Assembly: GCA_035692005.1 (NCBI GenBank)
Contig: DASSII010000136.1
Location: forward strand, 3,318 to 67,317
DNA from: Candidatus Limnocylindrales bacterium
GTDB lineage: Bacteria; Chloroflexota; Limnocylindria; Limnocylindrales; CSP1-4
Length of the DNA: 64,000 nt
Direction: 5' to 3'
Shown here: positions 47,940 to 56,083 of the stretch, piece by piece
Position numbering within the stretch: the first letter of the stretch is position 1
Layout of the letters: every line of letters starts with the position of its first letter
Program-made: the position numbers and the translations under genes
Notes under the pieces: model-generated
Told to the model about the DNA's origin: nothing
Database searches by the model: none
What the model saw: the letters and a program-made list of their open reading frames with translations, nothing else

Positions 47940-48370
47940 CCGAACGCGCGCTCCCGAGCCATGCGCTGCCCAGCGCCGACGGCCTGCCGCAGCGCGACAC
48001 GCCGGCCACGGTGGTCGCCGGCGATCGGGCCGCCCTCGAGCTGGCTCGACGGATCGTCGAGGTGGCCGAGGACAAGAAGGCGGCCGACATCGTGCTGCTC
48101 GAGCTCGCCCCGCTGACGACGCTGGCCGACTACTTCGTGATCTGTTCGGGCGGCTCGGAGCGCCAACTCGACGCGATCGCCGACGGGATCATCTCGACGC
48201 TGCGCGACGAGAAGCTGCGGCCGATCGGCCGCGAGGGCACGCCGGCATCGCACTGGGTGCTCATCGACTACGGCTCGGTGATCGTCCACATCTTCACCCC
48301 GCCCGAGCGCGAGTACTACGGCCTGGAGAAGCACTGGTCGGAGGCGCGCACGATCCTGCGGGTCCAGTAG
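47936..48370 (+). CDS. rsfS: Ribosome silencing factor
   Basis: RsfS/Iojap core (DYFVICSGGSERQLDAIAD..., WVLIDYGSVIVHIF). GTG 47936 overlaps the nadD stop. Confidence 0.9.
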   Translation: MTERALPSHALPSADGLPQRDTPATVVAGDRAALELARRIVEVAEDKKAADIVLLELAPLTTLADYFVICSGGSERQLDAIADGIISTLRDEKLRPIGREGTPASHWVLIDYGSVIVHIFTPPEREYYGLEKHWSEARTILRVQ

Positions 48371-48468
48371 CCGCGGCGGACACGCCGCCCCGACCGCGGC
48401 AGCCGTACTGGGGTATGGGGTACCGACGGGTCATGATTGGGTCGAGCGGCCCATGCCAGCATCGGCGC

Positions 48469-48723
48469 ATGTCCGCTACCCGCGATCGATGCCCCGCTTG
48501 TGGTCACCGGCTCATCACGACCCGGTTCGACACCACGTTCCGCTTGCCGGACCGCAGCGAGCGACTGTGCTTCGGGATCCCGGGCGGGCTGTGCGAGGAC
48601 TGCTCGCAGCTGTACATCGATCCCGATCTCATCGAGCTGCTCGACCTCGGCGAGGGACGCTGCGTCTTCGCCATCGAGAGCGACCTCGTCGTGCAGGAGC
48701 AGGCCTGGTCGTCGGCCGAGTGA
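48469..48723 (+). CDS. Small zinc-ribbon protein (YgiT/MqsA-N-terminal-like CxxC...CxxC), function unknown
   Basis: 84 aa with CPACGH...LCEDCSQLY spacing, like YgiT-type zinc fingers. No HTH domain. ATG 48433 is an alternative start. Confidence 0.45.
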   Translation: MSATRDRCPACGHRLITTRFDTTFRLPDRSERLCFGIPGGLCEDCSQLYIDPDLIELLDLGEGRCVFAIESDLVVQEQAWSSAE

Positions 48724-48751
48724 TCGCCTGACGGACGGCGCGGTCCCGGGG

Positions 48752-49816
48752 TCAGCCGGGGCCGACCGACCGGGCCGGGCGCGTCGCGTGATCGCGAACC
48801 CACAGCGTGAAGGCCAGGCGTCGCTGCGCGAGGCCCGCCTCCGAGCCCGGCGCACCCTTGACCATCGCGTCGAGCTCGACGAGGCCCTCGAGCGCGGCCC
48901 GCAACTCCGCCAGGCTCCACAGTCGACCCTGCGTCTGCATCTTCTCGGCGACGTACGGGTGCAGGCCGGTGGCCGCCACGACGTCAGCTGGCTGCTGGCC
49001 GGCGGCGAACCGGTCGCTGACCTCGATGAGGTCGCGGACCCGCCGGTGGAGCGCCGCCAGGATGACCGGCTCGGGCGTGGTGACGAGCAGCCGCTCGAGG
49101 GCGTCGGTCGCAGCGTCGGCTCGTCGCAGCCCGACGGCGTCGGTCAGCGCCCAGACGGACGACGGCGTCGTCTCGGCCACGAGATCGCGAACATCCTCGG
49201 TGGTGATCGGCCCGCCATCGAGGGCGTGCCGCAGGGCGAGCTTGTCGAGCTCGGTCGAGGCGATCCGGCTGAGTGAGCGCCGGTCGACGTCGCCCTCGGT
49301 GATGCGGCTGCCGAGCCGCTCCGCGAGGTCTCGTGCCGCCCCGCTCGCGAGGGCGATGCCGCGCTCGCGGGCTTCGGCCTCGATCCACGTCCCGAGCGAC
49401 GCCGGTTGCGGGGCCCTGGCCCCGACGATCCGTCCGCCCGCTGCGCCGACGGCGTCTGACAACCGCTTCGAGCCAGGGCCCTTGGCACTGGATCGCGACG
49501 CCTCGACGAACACGACCGCATTGCCCGCCGCCAGGCTGGCCAACGTCGCGACCGTCCGATCGCGCAGGTCGTTGCGCCGGGTCAGCGGACCGGGATTGGC
49601 CACCACCGCCAGCGTCCCGCCGCCGAACATGGTCGCCGTGGCCAGGCGCTCGTGAAGCCGGGCGGCGTCCGCCGCGGCCGTCATCACGGTCACGGGCAGG
49701 TCCCACCGCTCGAGCGGTGCGCCGAGGTCTGCCACGAGGGCCGTGGCGAACCGGGCGACGAGCCGCTCCGCGACCAGCTCATCGTCACCCCAGATGTACA
49801 GGACGGGCGCGACCAT
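48752..49816 (-). CDS. holA: DNA polymerase III delta subunit
   Basis: 354 aa from ATG 49816 with a HolA-like sequence (VLYIWGDDELV..., C-terminal helical domain). The start shares one base with the HD gene stop. Confidence 0.8.
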   Translation of the reverse strand: MVAPVLYIWGDDELVAERLVARFATALVADLGAPLERWDLPVTVMTAAADAARLHERLATATMFGGGTLAVVANPGPLTRRNDLRDRTVATLASLAAGNAVVFVEASRSSAKGPGSKRLSDAVGAAGGRIVGARAPQPASLGTWIEAEARERGIALASGAARDLAERLGSRITEGDVDRRSLSRIASTELDKLALRHALDGGPITTEDVRDLVAETTPSSVWALTDAVGLRRADAATDALERLLVTTPEPVILAALHRRVRDLIEVSDRFAAGQQPADVVAATGLHPYVAEKMQTQGRLWSLAELRAALEGLVELDAMVKGAPGSEAGLAQRRLAFTLWVRDHATRPARSVGPG

Positions 49817-50418
49817 CAGGCCCCGGCGGCTGCGGCCCGCAGGGCGGCGCCGGTCCACGCCAGGCGGACGACGTCGACCGGCTCGATGCCGGCCGCCCGG
49901 CACACCTCCGTCTCGAGCTGCGCTGCCCGGCTGCGGACCGCTCGCCAGGTCACGTCGTCCCAGCCGCCCGGGTAGCGGCGCCGCCACGAGGCGAACCGCG
50001 CATCCATCGACTCGAGGCGTTGACCTGCCCGCTTGTCGGCGTACGCGATGACGCGTTCCTCGCGGCTGGCGAACGCCGCCCAGCGTCGATAGGCATCGCC
50101 GTCGGCAAGGCGGGTCACGGGATGGCCGGCGACCGGGCGGGCCAGTTCCGGATGGCCCCGCTCGGTCAGCCAGGCGGCCGAACCGTAGCCGTGGGGGAGG
50201 GTCCGGGCCGGATCGTCCGAGGGCAGGATCTTGTCGACGTCGTGCAGCAGACCGGCCGCCTCGACCGCGGCACGGTCCACGGCGATGCCCCTCGCGGCGA
50301 TCCGCTGGGCGAGGAAGGCTGCCACCTCGGCGACCGCTCGCGCGTGCGCGACGAACCACGTCGGCGGATCCAGGGACGAGAGCAGGGCAGCCGCGGCGAT
50401 CCGGCCGGGAACGGTCAT
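49816..50418 (-). CDS. HD-domain phosphohydrolase
   Basis: HD motif GLLHDVDK plus downstream His residues. 200 aa from ATG 50418 (ATG 50502 also possible). It lies in a different frame from the 1422-codon ORF that covers it. Confidence 0.75.
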   Translation of the reverse strand: MTVPGRIAAAALLSSLDPPTWFVAHARAVAEVAAFLAQRIAARGIAVDRAAVEAAGLLHDVDKILPSDDPARTLPHGYGSAAWLTERGHPELARPVAGHPVTRLADGDAYRRWAAFASREERVIAYADKRAGQRLESMDARFASWRRRYPGGWDDVTWRAVRSRAAQLETEVCRAAGIEPVDVVRLAWTGAALRAAAAGA

Positions 50419-50632
50419 CGTCTCGATGGTACCCGAGTGGACGGGCCTGCCTGGCCGCGGCGGCCTCGCTCGGGCGGGGTGGCACCCTCCCGGTCGAGGC
50501 ACGCGCCTGGGCGGCCGTCAACGGGATGCCACACAGGAACGGTCGCGGACCGTTGAGGCCCCGGCCGTCGACGGACGCGATCGCCGGCGCGGCCGATGAC
50601 CCCGGTCGAGCCGCAGCGGCCTCATCGCGTGG

Positions 50633-53020
50633 CTGCACGCGCACGGTCAGGCCGCGGGCCGCGAAGGTCACCGTCACCGTGCCGTCGCGATCTGTGCGGT
50701 AGACCCTGGCCCCGGCGGCGGTGAGGCGGTCCATCGTCGTCCTGGCCGGATGGCCGTACGGGTTGCCGACCCCGGCCGAGGCCACCGCGATCACCGGCCG
50801 GACGGTGTCGACGAACGGCTGCGTGGTCGCCGTTCGGCTGCCGTGGTGGGCGACCTTGAGCAGATCGAGCCGGGGCAGTCCGTCCGCCAGCAGACGCGGA
50901 TCGATGTCCTGCTCCACGTCCCCCGCGAGCAGGAACCGACGATCGCCGATGGTTCCAAGCAGGACGACGGACACGTTGTTGATACCGGTGCCCGTGTCGG
51001 TCGGCTCGCTCGGGACACGGCCGCGGATGGGCCACAGGGCGATCATCGAGATGTCGTCCACGGTGAGCCGATCGCCGGCGGCGATGCCGGCTCGCTGCGG
51101 GGCGCTCTCGCCGACCAGGCGCGCCGACCACGCCGCGTAGCCCGGTCCTGGTCCCCGCATCCCGGGCTCCAGCACGCGACCGACCCGGTAGCGCGCCAGG
51201 AGCAGTGCCAGCCCAGCGACGTGGTCTTCGTGCGGATGGGACAGGATGACGACATCGATCCGCCGATCCCATGGCGGCAGGCGTCGATCGAGCTCCACGA
51301 GCAACCGATCGGGGTCGGGTCCACCGTCGACCAGCAGTCGCCCGCCGCGGGACCCTTCGACCAGGATCGCGTCGCCCTGCCCGACGTCGAGGATGCTGAT
51401 CCGCGCGACACCGACCGGACGACTCACGACGACCCCGCCCGAGACGACGACCGCGGCGGCCAGGGCGAGGGCCAGCGACCGGCTCCGTCCGGAGATGCCG
51501 GTCGAGGTCGCGCCATGCCCCGCTCCGAGGGTCGCTGTCCCACTCGTCGTCGAGTTCGAGGCCCGCGCACCGCCGCGAGCCTCGGCCCGTCCACGCCGAC
51601 GCTGCCGCCAGGCGAGGACCAACCCGACGACGACCGCACTGCCGACCCCCACGCCGGCACCGACCGCTGGCTCGAACGCGACGCTCGCCATCGGCAACCC
51701 GGCCGCGGCACGAACGAGCCCGATCATCAGGCGGAGGGCCACCCAACCGGGTACCGCCAGCAGCGCCCCGAGTGCCGGTGGCGCACCCAACCCCACCGCC
51801 AGGCCACCGACCAGCGCGACGAGACCGGCGGCCATCGCCGGAGCGACGAGCGGCACGACCAGCAGGTTGATCGCCGGCGCGATGAGCGCGAGGCGCCCGA
51901 ATGCAGCGAGCACGACGGGCAACGTCGCAGCCTGCGCAGCCAGCGACACGCCCATGGTCTCGACCAGCCAGCGCGGCAGCCGCCCCGCGGTCCAGGTGTC
52001 GAGCCGAGCCGTCAACGGCGTCGCCCACGCGATGAGTCCCGCGGTCGCCAGGCTCGACAGCTGGAACCCGGCATCGCCGACGAGGGCGGGGTCGACCGCG
52101 AGGAGCACGACGATCGCCCATCCGAGCGCCGCCGCCGCTCGGCCGCTGCGGCCCGATTCACGAGCGACCAGGACGACGCCCGCCATCGCCCCGGCGCGAA
52201 GGACCGATGGCGACGCCCCGGCGAAGGCGATGTAGGCCGCGATCGCGACCGCCGTGACGATGGCCCTTCGCCGACGGCCGATCCCGCCGGCGATGGCTGC
52301 GATCGCCGCGGCGACGATGGCGATGTTCCACCCGGAGATGGCGACGACATGACTGACGCCGGCGGTGGTGAAGGCGGCCGCCACGTCTCGATCGACCCGA
52401 TCCCGCAGGCCGATGAGGATGCCGGCGGCAAGGCCGGCCTCCGGCTCGGGCAGGCCGATCGTCAACAGGTCACCCGCCCGCCGCCGCCAACCCTCGAGGA
52501 TGGTGCCGGGGTCGGTCGGGCGCTCGACGAGCGCGAGCGACCGTGCGTCCAACGTGCCCCACGCCCCGAGACGTTCGAGATAGCGCCCGTACGGGCTGTC
52601 GGGTCGTGGCCGCACCCGACCGGATACCTCGACCCGATCGCCGGGTTCGACCGTGGGGTAGCGAGGCAGGTTGGCAGCGAGACGGAAGCCCGATCCGTCC
52701 GTGGCGATCGTGCGGAGGGTGGCGACCTGGTCGCCGTCACGTGGCGACCCGACCGACTCCACGGCCATCCGCCACGGGCCGGACCCCTCAGGTATCCCGA
52801 CCAGCGGGGCGGCGGCGGGTGCCAGCAGTGACCGGATGACGATCGCCACCACGCCGACGGCCAAGGCCAGGACGGGACGGTGACGATCCGGGCTGATCCA
52901 TGCCGCCGCGGTCGCGGATGCGATCGCGAGCAGGAGCAGTCCGAGGACACGACGGTCGTCCTGGGCGACGCTCAGGGCCCCCAGACACGCACCGACCGCC
53001 AGCCATCCACTGCGCGGCAT
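50633..53020 (-). CDS. comEC: DNA internalisation competence protein ComEC/Rec2 (3' end undefined: no in-frame stop before 48752)
   Basis: Competence membrane domain (GVSHVVAISGWNIAIV), then a metallo-beta-lactamase domain (ILDVGQGDAILVEG, ILSHPHEDHVAGL, KVAHHGS). ComEC-like sequence ends near TVTFAARGLTVRVQ at about 50633. After that the frame continues as Arg/Pro-rich sequence. Confidence 0.8.
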
Positions 53021-53847
53021 CAGCGCACCGTGAGCAGGTCTCGCAGCTTGTCGAACGTCTTCTCGCCGAGCACGCCGCGTGTTCGAAGCTCATCGACCGT
53101 CGCGAACGGTGCCTCCTCGCGCGCCGTGATGATCTTCTGGGCGGTGGCCGGCCCGACGCCTGGCAGCTCCTCGAGTTCCGCCTGGCTGGCGACGTTCACG
53201 TCGAGCGGTCCCGATCCGGCCGGCGCGCCTGCCCCCGAGCCGCCGGATCCCGTCGACGCGCCGACGTCCGGATCATCGCGTGACGGCACCCGGACCTGGT
53301 CGCCGTCGTGCAGCGGGGCCGCGAGATTGAGGGTGGAGCTGGTCCGGAGCGTGTCGACCCGTGCCCCGTACCCGCCGGCGGCGCTGACCAGATCGGCGAC
53401 CCGGGACCCGGCAGGCAGGCGGTAGACACCGGGCTTCCCGACGGCCCCGACGATCTCGGCGACGAGCTCGCCCGTGGCGCCGTCGCGACCGAGGGTGGCA
53501 GCGTCAGGCGCGCCGGCGGCACCATCCACGCTCGATAGCGGCGAGGCGCCGTCCACGACGATCGCGGGATCCGTACCGCCGAGCATGATGACCGCAGCGA
53601 AGCCGCTCGCCGCGATGGCAGCCAGGGCCAGTCCAGCCAGCCCGATCCGCGTCGCATCGAGCCGGGTCGGCTTCGGGCCCAGCGTGCCCGAGGCAGCGTC
53701 CTGGGCGGGAGTCACGGCGCCTGCGGCGGTCGTCCCGCTCGGGGGCGCATCGATCACCCGCCACGGCGGCGTCGAGGTCGGTGCCATGTGGTCGCTCCAC
53801 GGCGGGCTTGGCGTGACCGGCCGCGGTCGAGCCGACGTCCCAGCCAC
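53020..53847 (-). CDS. comEA: Competence protein ComEA (TM anchor, SLBB-like region, tandem helix-hairpin-helix)
   Basis: C-terminal HhH region LDVNVASQAELEELPGVGPATAQKII...GEKTFDKL and one TM helix. Start is GTG 53847 or ATG 53787 (the latter has GGAG upstream). Confidence 0.8.
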   Translation of the reverse strand: MAGTSARPRPVTPSPPWSDHMAPTSTPPWRVIDAPPSGTTAAGAVTPAQDAASGTLGPKPTRLDATRIGLAGLALAAIAASGFAAVIMLGGTDPAIVVDGASPLSSVDGAAGAPDAATLGRDGATGELVAEIVGAVGKPGVYRLPAGSRVADLVSAAGGYGARVDTLRTSSTLNLAAPLHDGDQVRVPSRDDPDVGASTGSGGSGAGAPAGSGPLDVNVASQAELEELPGVGPATAQKIITAREEAPFATVDELRTRGVLGEKTFDKLRDLLTVR

Positions 53848-54027
53848 GTAGGGGGCACTTCCGACGCGGCGGGGACGTCTGCCCGGACTGTAGTGACGGG
53901 CGCTTATCTGCGGCTTATCTGGTCAGACCAGCCCAACGGGTCAGTCGGGTCGAACCAAGGAACCACCGACGACGGGCACTGCCCCCCGTAGGATCGAGCG
54001 ATCGACCTGCAGCGAGGGGAACGCCCA

Positions 54028-54186
54028 GTGACGCCGTCCGCCATCGCACTCAAGGTCCCAGTGGCCGTCAGCCTCGTCGTCCTGGTGGTTGTCGGACTGC
54101 TGCTCGTATTCGGGCCGCCGTTGAAGGTAGACAAGACCTCGTCGCCCTTCGCCATACCGCCCCGCACGCCTGCGACTTCGACGTGA
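54028..54186 (+). CDS. Hypothetical 52-aa single-TM protein (too short to appear in the ORF track)
   Basis: GAGGGGA lies 7 nt before GTG 54028. My own translation is VTPSAIALKVPVAVSLVVLVVVGLLLVFGPPLKVDKTSSPFAIPPRTPATST. Third codon positions are mostly G/C. Its TGA overlaps the next GTG (GTGA). Confidence 0.35.
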   Translation: MTPSAIALKVPVAVSLVVLVVVGLLLVFGPPLKVDKTSSPFAIPPRTPATST

Positions 54187-54410
54187 ACGGCCTCCGCGTC
54201 GTGGCGACCGTGGCTGGTTTCGCGCTGGGAGCGCTGCTCGCCGTCGCCATCTTCCACACCGAGGGCGGGTTGTTGCCATCGGTCGGTGACTGGCGGGTGC
54301 CTGTCACGCTCCCGGCGGCTGAATGGCAGGTGATCCTGTCCGGTGCCGTCGGAGCCGTTATCGCCTGGGCGGCGGTTCGCTGGTGGAGCCGACGCGCGCG
54401 AAGCAGTTGA
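54183..54410 (+). CDS. Hypothetical 75-aa two-TM protein
   Basis: ORF-track entry with two hydrophobic helices (VVATVAGFALGALLAVAIF, VILSGAVGAVIAWAAV). Translationally coupled to the preceding small ORF. Confidence 0.4.
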   Translation: MNGLRVVATVAGFALGALLAVAIFHTEGGLLPSVGDWRVPVTLPAAEWQVILSGAVGAVIAWAAVRWWSRRARSS

Positions 54411-54462
54411 CCGACCTGCGCGCCCCGCTCGCCATGAGCGACGTCGACCGTCCGATCCTCGG

Positions 54463-54876
54463 TCAGGTCCGCTCCCAGTCGACCCAGCGCGTCCCGTTCC
54501 ACCAGCGGTGCCAGATCCCGCCGTCGCGACCCGGCGCGAAGACATCGATCCGGTCCGCGCCCCACGACGATGCGGCGGGCGTGCCGGTCAGCTCGCCGCC
54601 GAGCGACTCCCACGGGTGCCACGCCGCTCCGTCCCAGTAGCGGTTCCACAGCGCGCCGTCGTCGAAGATGGCGAAGACCTGCAGCTCGTCGATCCCCCAC
54701 GCGGTCGCCGCCGGCGGGGAGGCGAGGCGGCCCCCGAGCGACTCGGGCGCCGACCACGAGCCGGACAAGAAGACACGGTGGACGAGGCCTGCGTCCTCAT
54801 CCACCGTGAACAGATCGATGCGGTCCGGACCCCACGACACGGCGGCGGTGGCGGGGGGCGTGGCATGCTCGGGCAT
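54463..54876 (-). CDS. Three-blade beta-propeller repeat protein (DUF346 / Photorhabdus PLL-lectin-like blades)
   Basis: Three repeats of about 45 aa with the pattern SWG.DRID.F....D..L/W.(H/N)R.W.G..W..WESLGG.L...P. No signal peptide. The family call rests on my recollection of the repeat consensus. Confidence 0.6.
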   Translation of the reverse strand: MPEHATPPATAAVSWGPDRIDLFTVDEDAGLVHRVFLSGSWSAPESLGGRLASPPAATAWGIDELQVFAIFDDGALWNRYWDGAAWHPWESLGGELTGTPAASSWGADRIDVFAPGRDGGIWHRWWNGTRWVDWERT

Positions 54877-54885
54877 GCCGGCAGA

Positions 54886-55122
54886 TTACTTCCCGGCTGT
54901 CAGGGCGCGACCGAGGTCGTCGGCGACGCGCGTGTCGAGTCGGCGGGTGGCCGAGGCACTTGCCCGGCTGAGACCCGCGAGGGTGTGGGCAAGGCCGCGC
55001 CGCACGGCCGAGGGACGGCGTGTATGGCCGGCTCGGGCGAGCATGACGAGTTGCTCGTCGCGCGCCGCGGAGGCTCGCTCGGCCGCGAGGTCGAGGGCGA
55101 GGAAGCTGTAGAGGAAATGCAT
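54886..55122 (-). CDS. Hypothetical 78-aa protein
   Basis: GGAAGGA RBS upstream of ATG 55122. G/C-rich third codon positions. Its stop is 9 nt before the lectin-like gene start. Confidence 0.5.
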   Translation of the reverse strand: MHFLYSFLALDLAAERASAARDEQLVMLARAGHTRRPSAVRRGLAHTLAGLSRASASATRRLDTRVADDLGRALTAGK

Positions 55123-55147
55123 GGGATTCCTTCCGGGAGATACCGGT

Positions 55148-55264
55148 CTAGCGTGCGTGCGTGTCAGGGAGGCGGTCTCGGGAGTCGGCGCCCAGCCGGA
55201 TCGAGCTGGTACCCAATGCGATCAGGCCGACGACCACCACGAGGAGGATGACGATGGCTTCCAT
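55148..55264 (-). CDS. Hypothetical 38-aa single-TM peptide (too short to appear in the ORF track)
   Basis: GGAAGGA RBS upstream of ATG 55264. My own translation is MEAIVILLVVVVGLIALGTSSIRLGADSRDRLPDTHAR. Its TAG stop is 25 nt before the next ATG. Confidence 0.4.
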   Translation of the reverse strand: MEAIVILLVVVVGLIALGTSSIRLGADSRDRLPDTHAR

Positions 55265-55385
55265 GTGGCCGATCCTTCCGTTCGACTGCTGCGGGCCGTA
55301 ACCCGTCTTCGATGGCTAATCAGTTACTACTGAGAATCTACAGGCTTGCGCGTAACCTGTCAACTGGACTAAAGTGGTTATTGCG

Positions 55386-56051
55386 ATGACAACAGCAGCT
55401 GCACACCAGGGAAACGGCGGGCACGCCCACGACGTGAGCCTCGACGACACGTTCGCCTTCCTCAACACTGACGATCTCGACAACGGCGAGCGGTTCGAGC
55501 GCTTGCCCACGCTCGATGACGCCCTGGCCTGGTTCGTGGATCGGGGCGTCATCCACGCCGAAGGCTCCGATCGGGTCCACGCCCAAGCGGACGCCCAGCC
55601 GAGCTTGGCGGTACGTGACCTCGCCCGTGTGCATGCCGTGCGTGCCGCGCTCCGCGAGGTGGCCGATTCGGTCGCCGAGCAGCGAGCGCCGCGCATCGGC
55701 GCACTCGACACCGTCAATCGCGCGTTGCACGCGCGCCAGGTCATCGAGCTGCTGCCCGCGCCCGACGGCGTCGCGGTCGACCACCGCCACGTCGGCGATC
55801 CGATCGACGACGCCCTGGCGCGACTGGCCGACCCGCTCGTCGTCGAGTTGACGGCCGGCCACCCCGAGCGCATCCGGATCTGCGACAACGATCGCTGTCG
55901 CTGGGTCTTCTACGACACCTCACGGACGGGTCGCCGTCGCTGGTGCGACATGACCACCTGCGGCAACCGAGCCAAGGCGGCTCGCCATCGCGCCCGGGCG
56001 AAGGTCGGCGCCGACGGCGACGCCGCCTTCGAGGCAGCACCGCCGATCTGA
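55386..56051 (+). CDS. CGNR zinc-finger (ABATE-domain) putative regulator
   Basis: C-terminal RICDNDRCRWVFYDTSRTGRRRWCDMTTCGNRAKA is the zf-CGNR signature. GTG 55374 is an alternative start. Confidence 0.85.
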   Translation: MTTAAAHQGNGGHAHDVSLDDTFAFLNTDDLDNGERFERLPTLDDALAWFVDRGVIHAEGSDRVHAQADAQPSLAVRDLARVHAVRAALREVADSVAEQRAPRIGALDTVNRALHARQVIELLPAPDGVAVDHRHVGDPIDDALARLADPLVVELTAGHPERIRICDNDRCRWVFYDTSRTGRRRWCDMTTCGNRAKAARHRARAKVGADGDAAFEAAPPI

Positions 56052-56062
56052 GCGTCCTTTCG

Positions 56063-56083
56063 GCGCGGAGTGCTTATCCGCGC
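56063..56083. terminator. Bidirectional hairpin GCGCGGA gtgctta TCCGCGC between convergent genes
   Basis: Read directly. It overlaps the TAA stop of the LLM gene and lies 12 nt after the CGNR stop. Confidence 0.45.

Noticed and set aside
48752-53020. Treating the 1422-aa ORF as a genuine multidomain ComEC-HolA protein.
   Set aside because: The 272-codon linker is Arg/Pro-rich filler covering a well-formed HD gene in another frame. HolA has its own ATG, coupled to the HD stop. I therefore annotated three genes and reported the missing comEC stop as an anomaly rather than a fusion.
53902-53921. GCTTATCTG repeats as DnaA boxes or an origin element.
   Set aside because: They match the TTATCCACA / TTGTCCACA-type consensus only in TTATC, there are only two copies, and no dnaA/dnaN context is present. 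Kept only as a possible regulator site.
55141-55160. GGTCTAGC near 55146 as a second dre half-site.
   Set aside because: It is a single degenerate half-site lying on the stop codon of the 38-aa ORF, with no palindromic partner.
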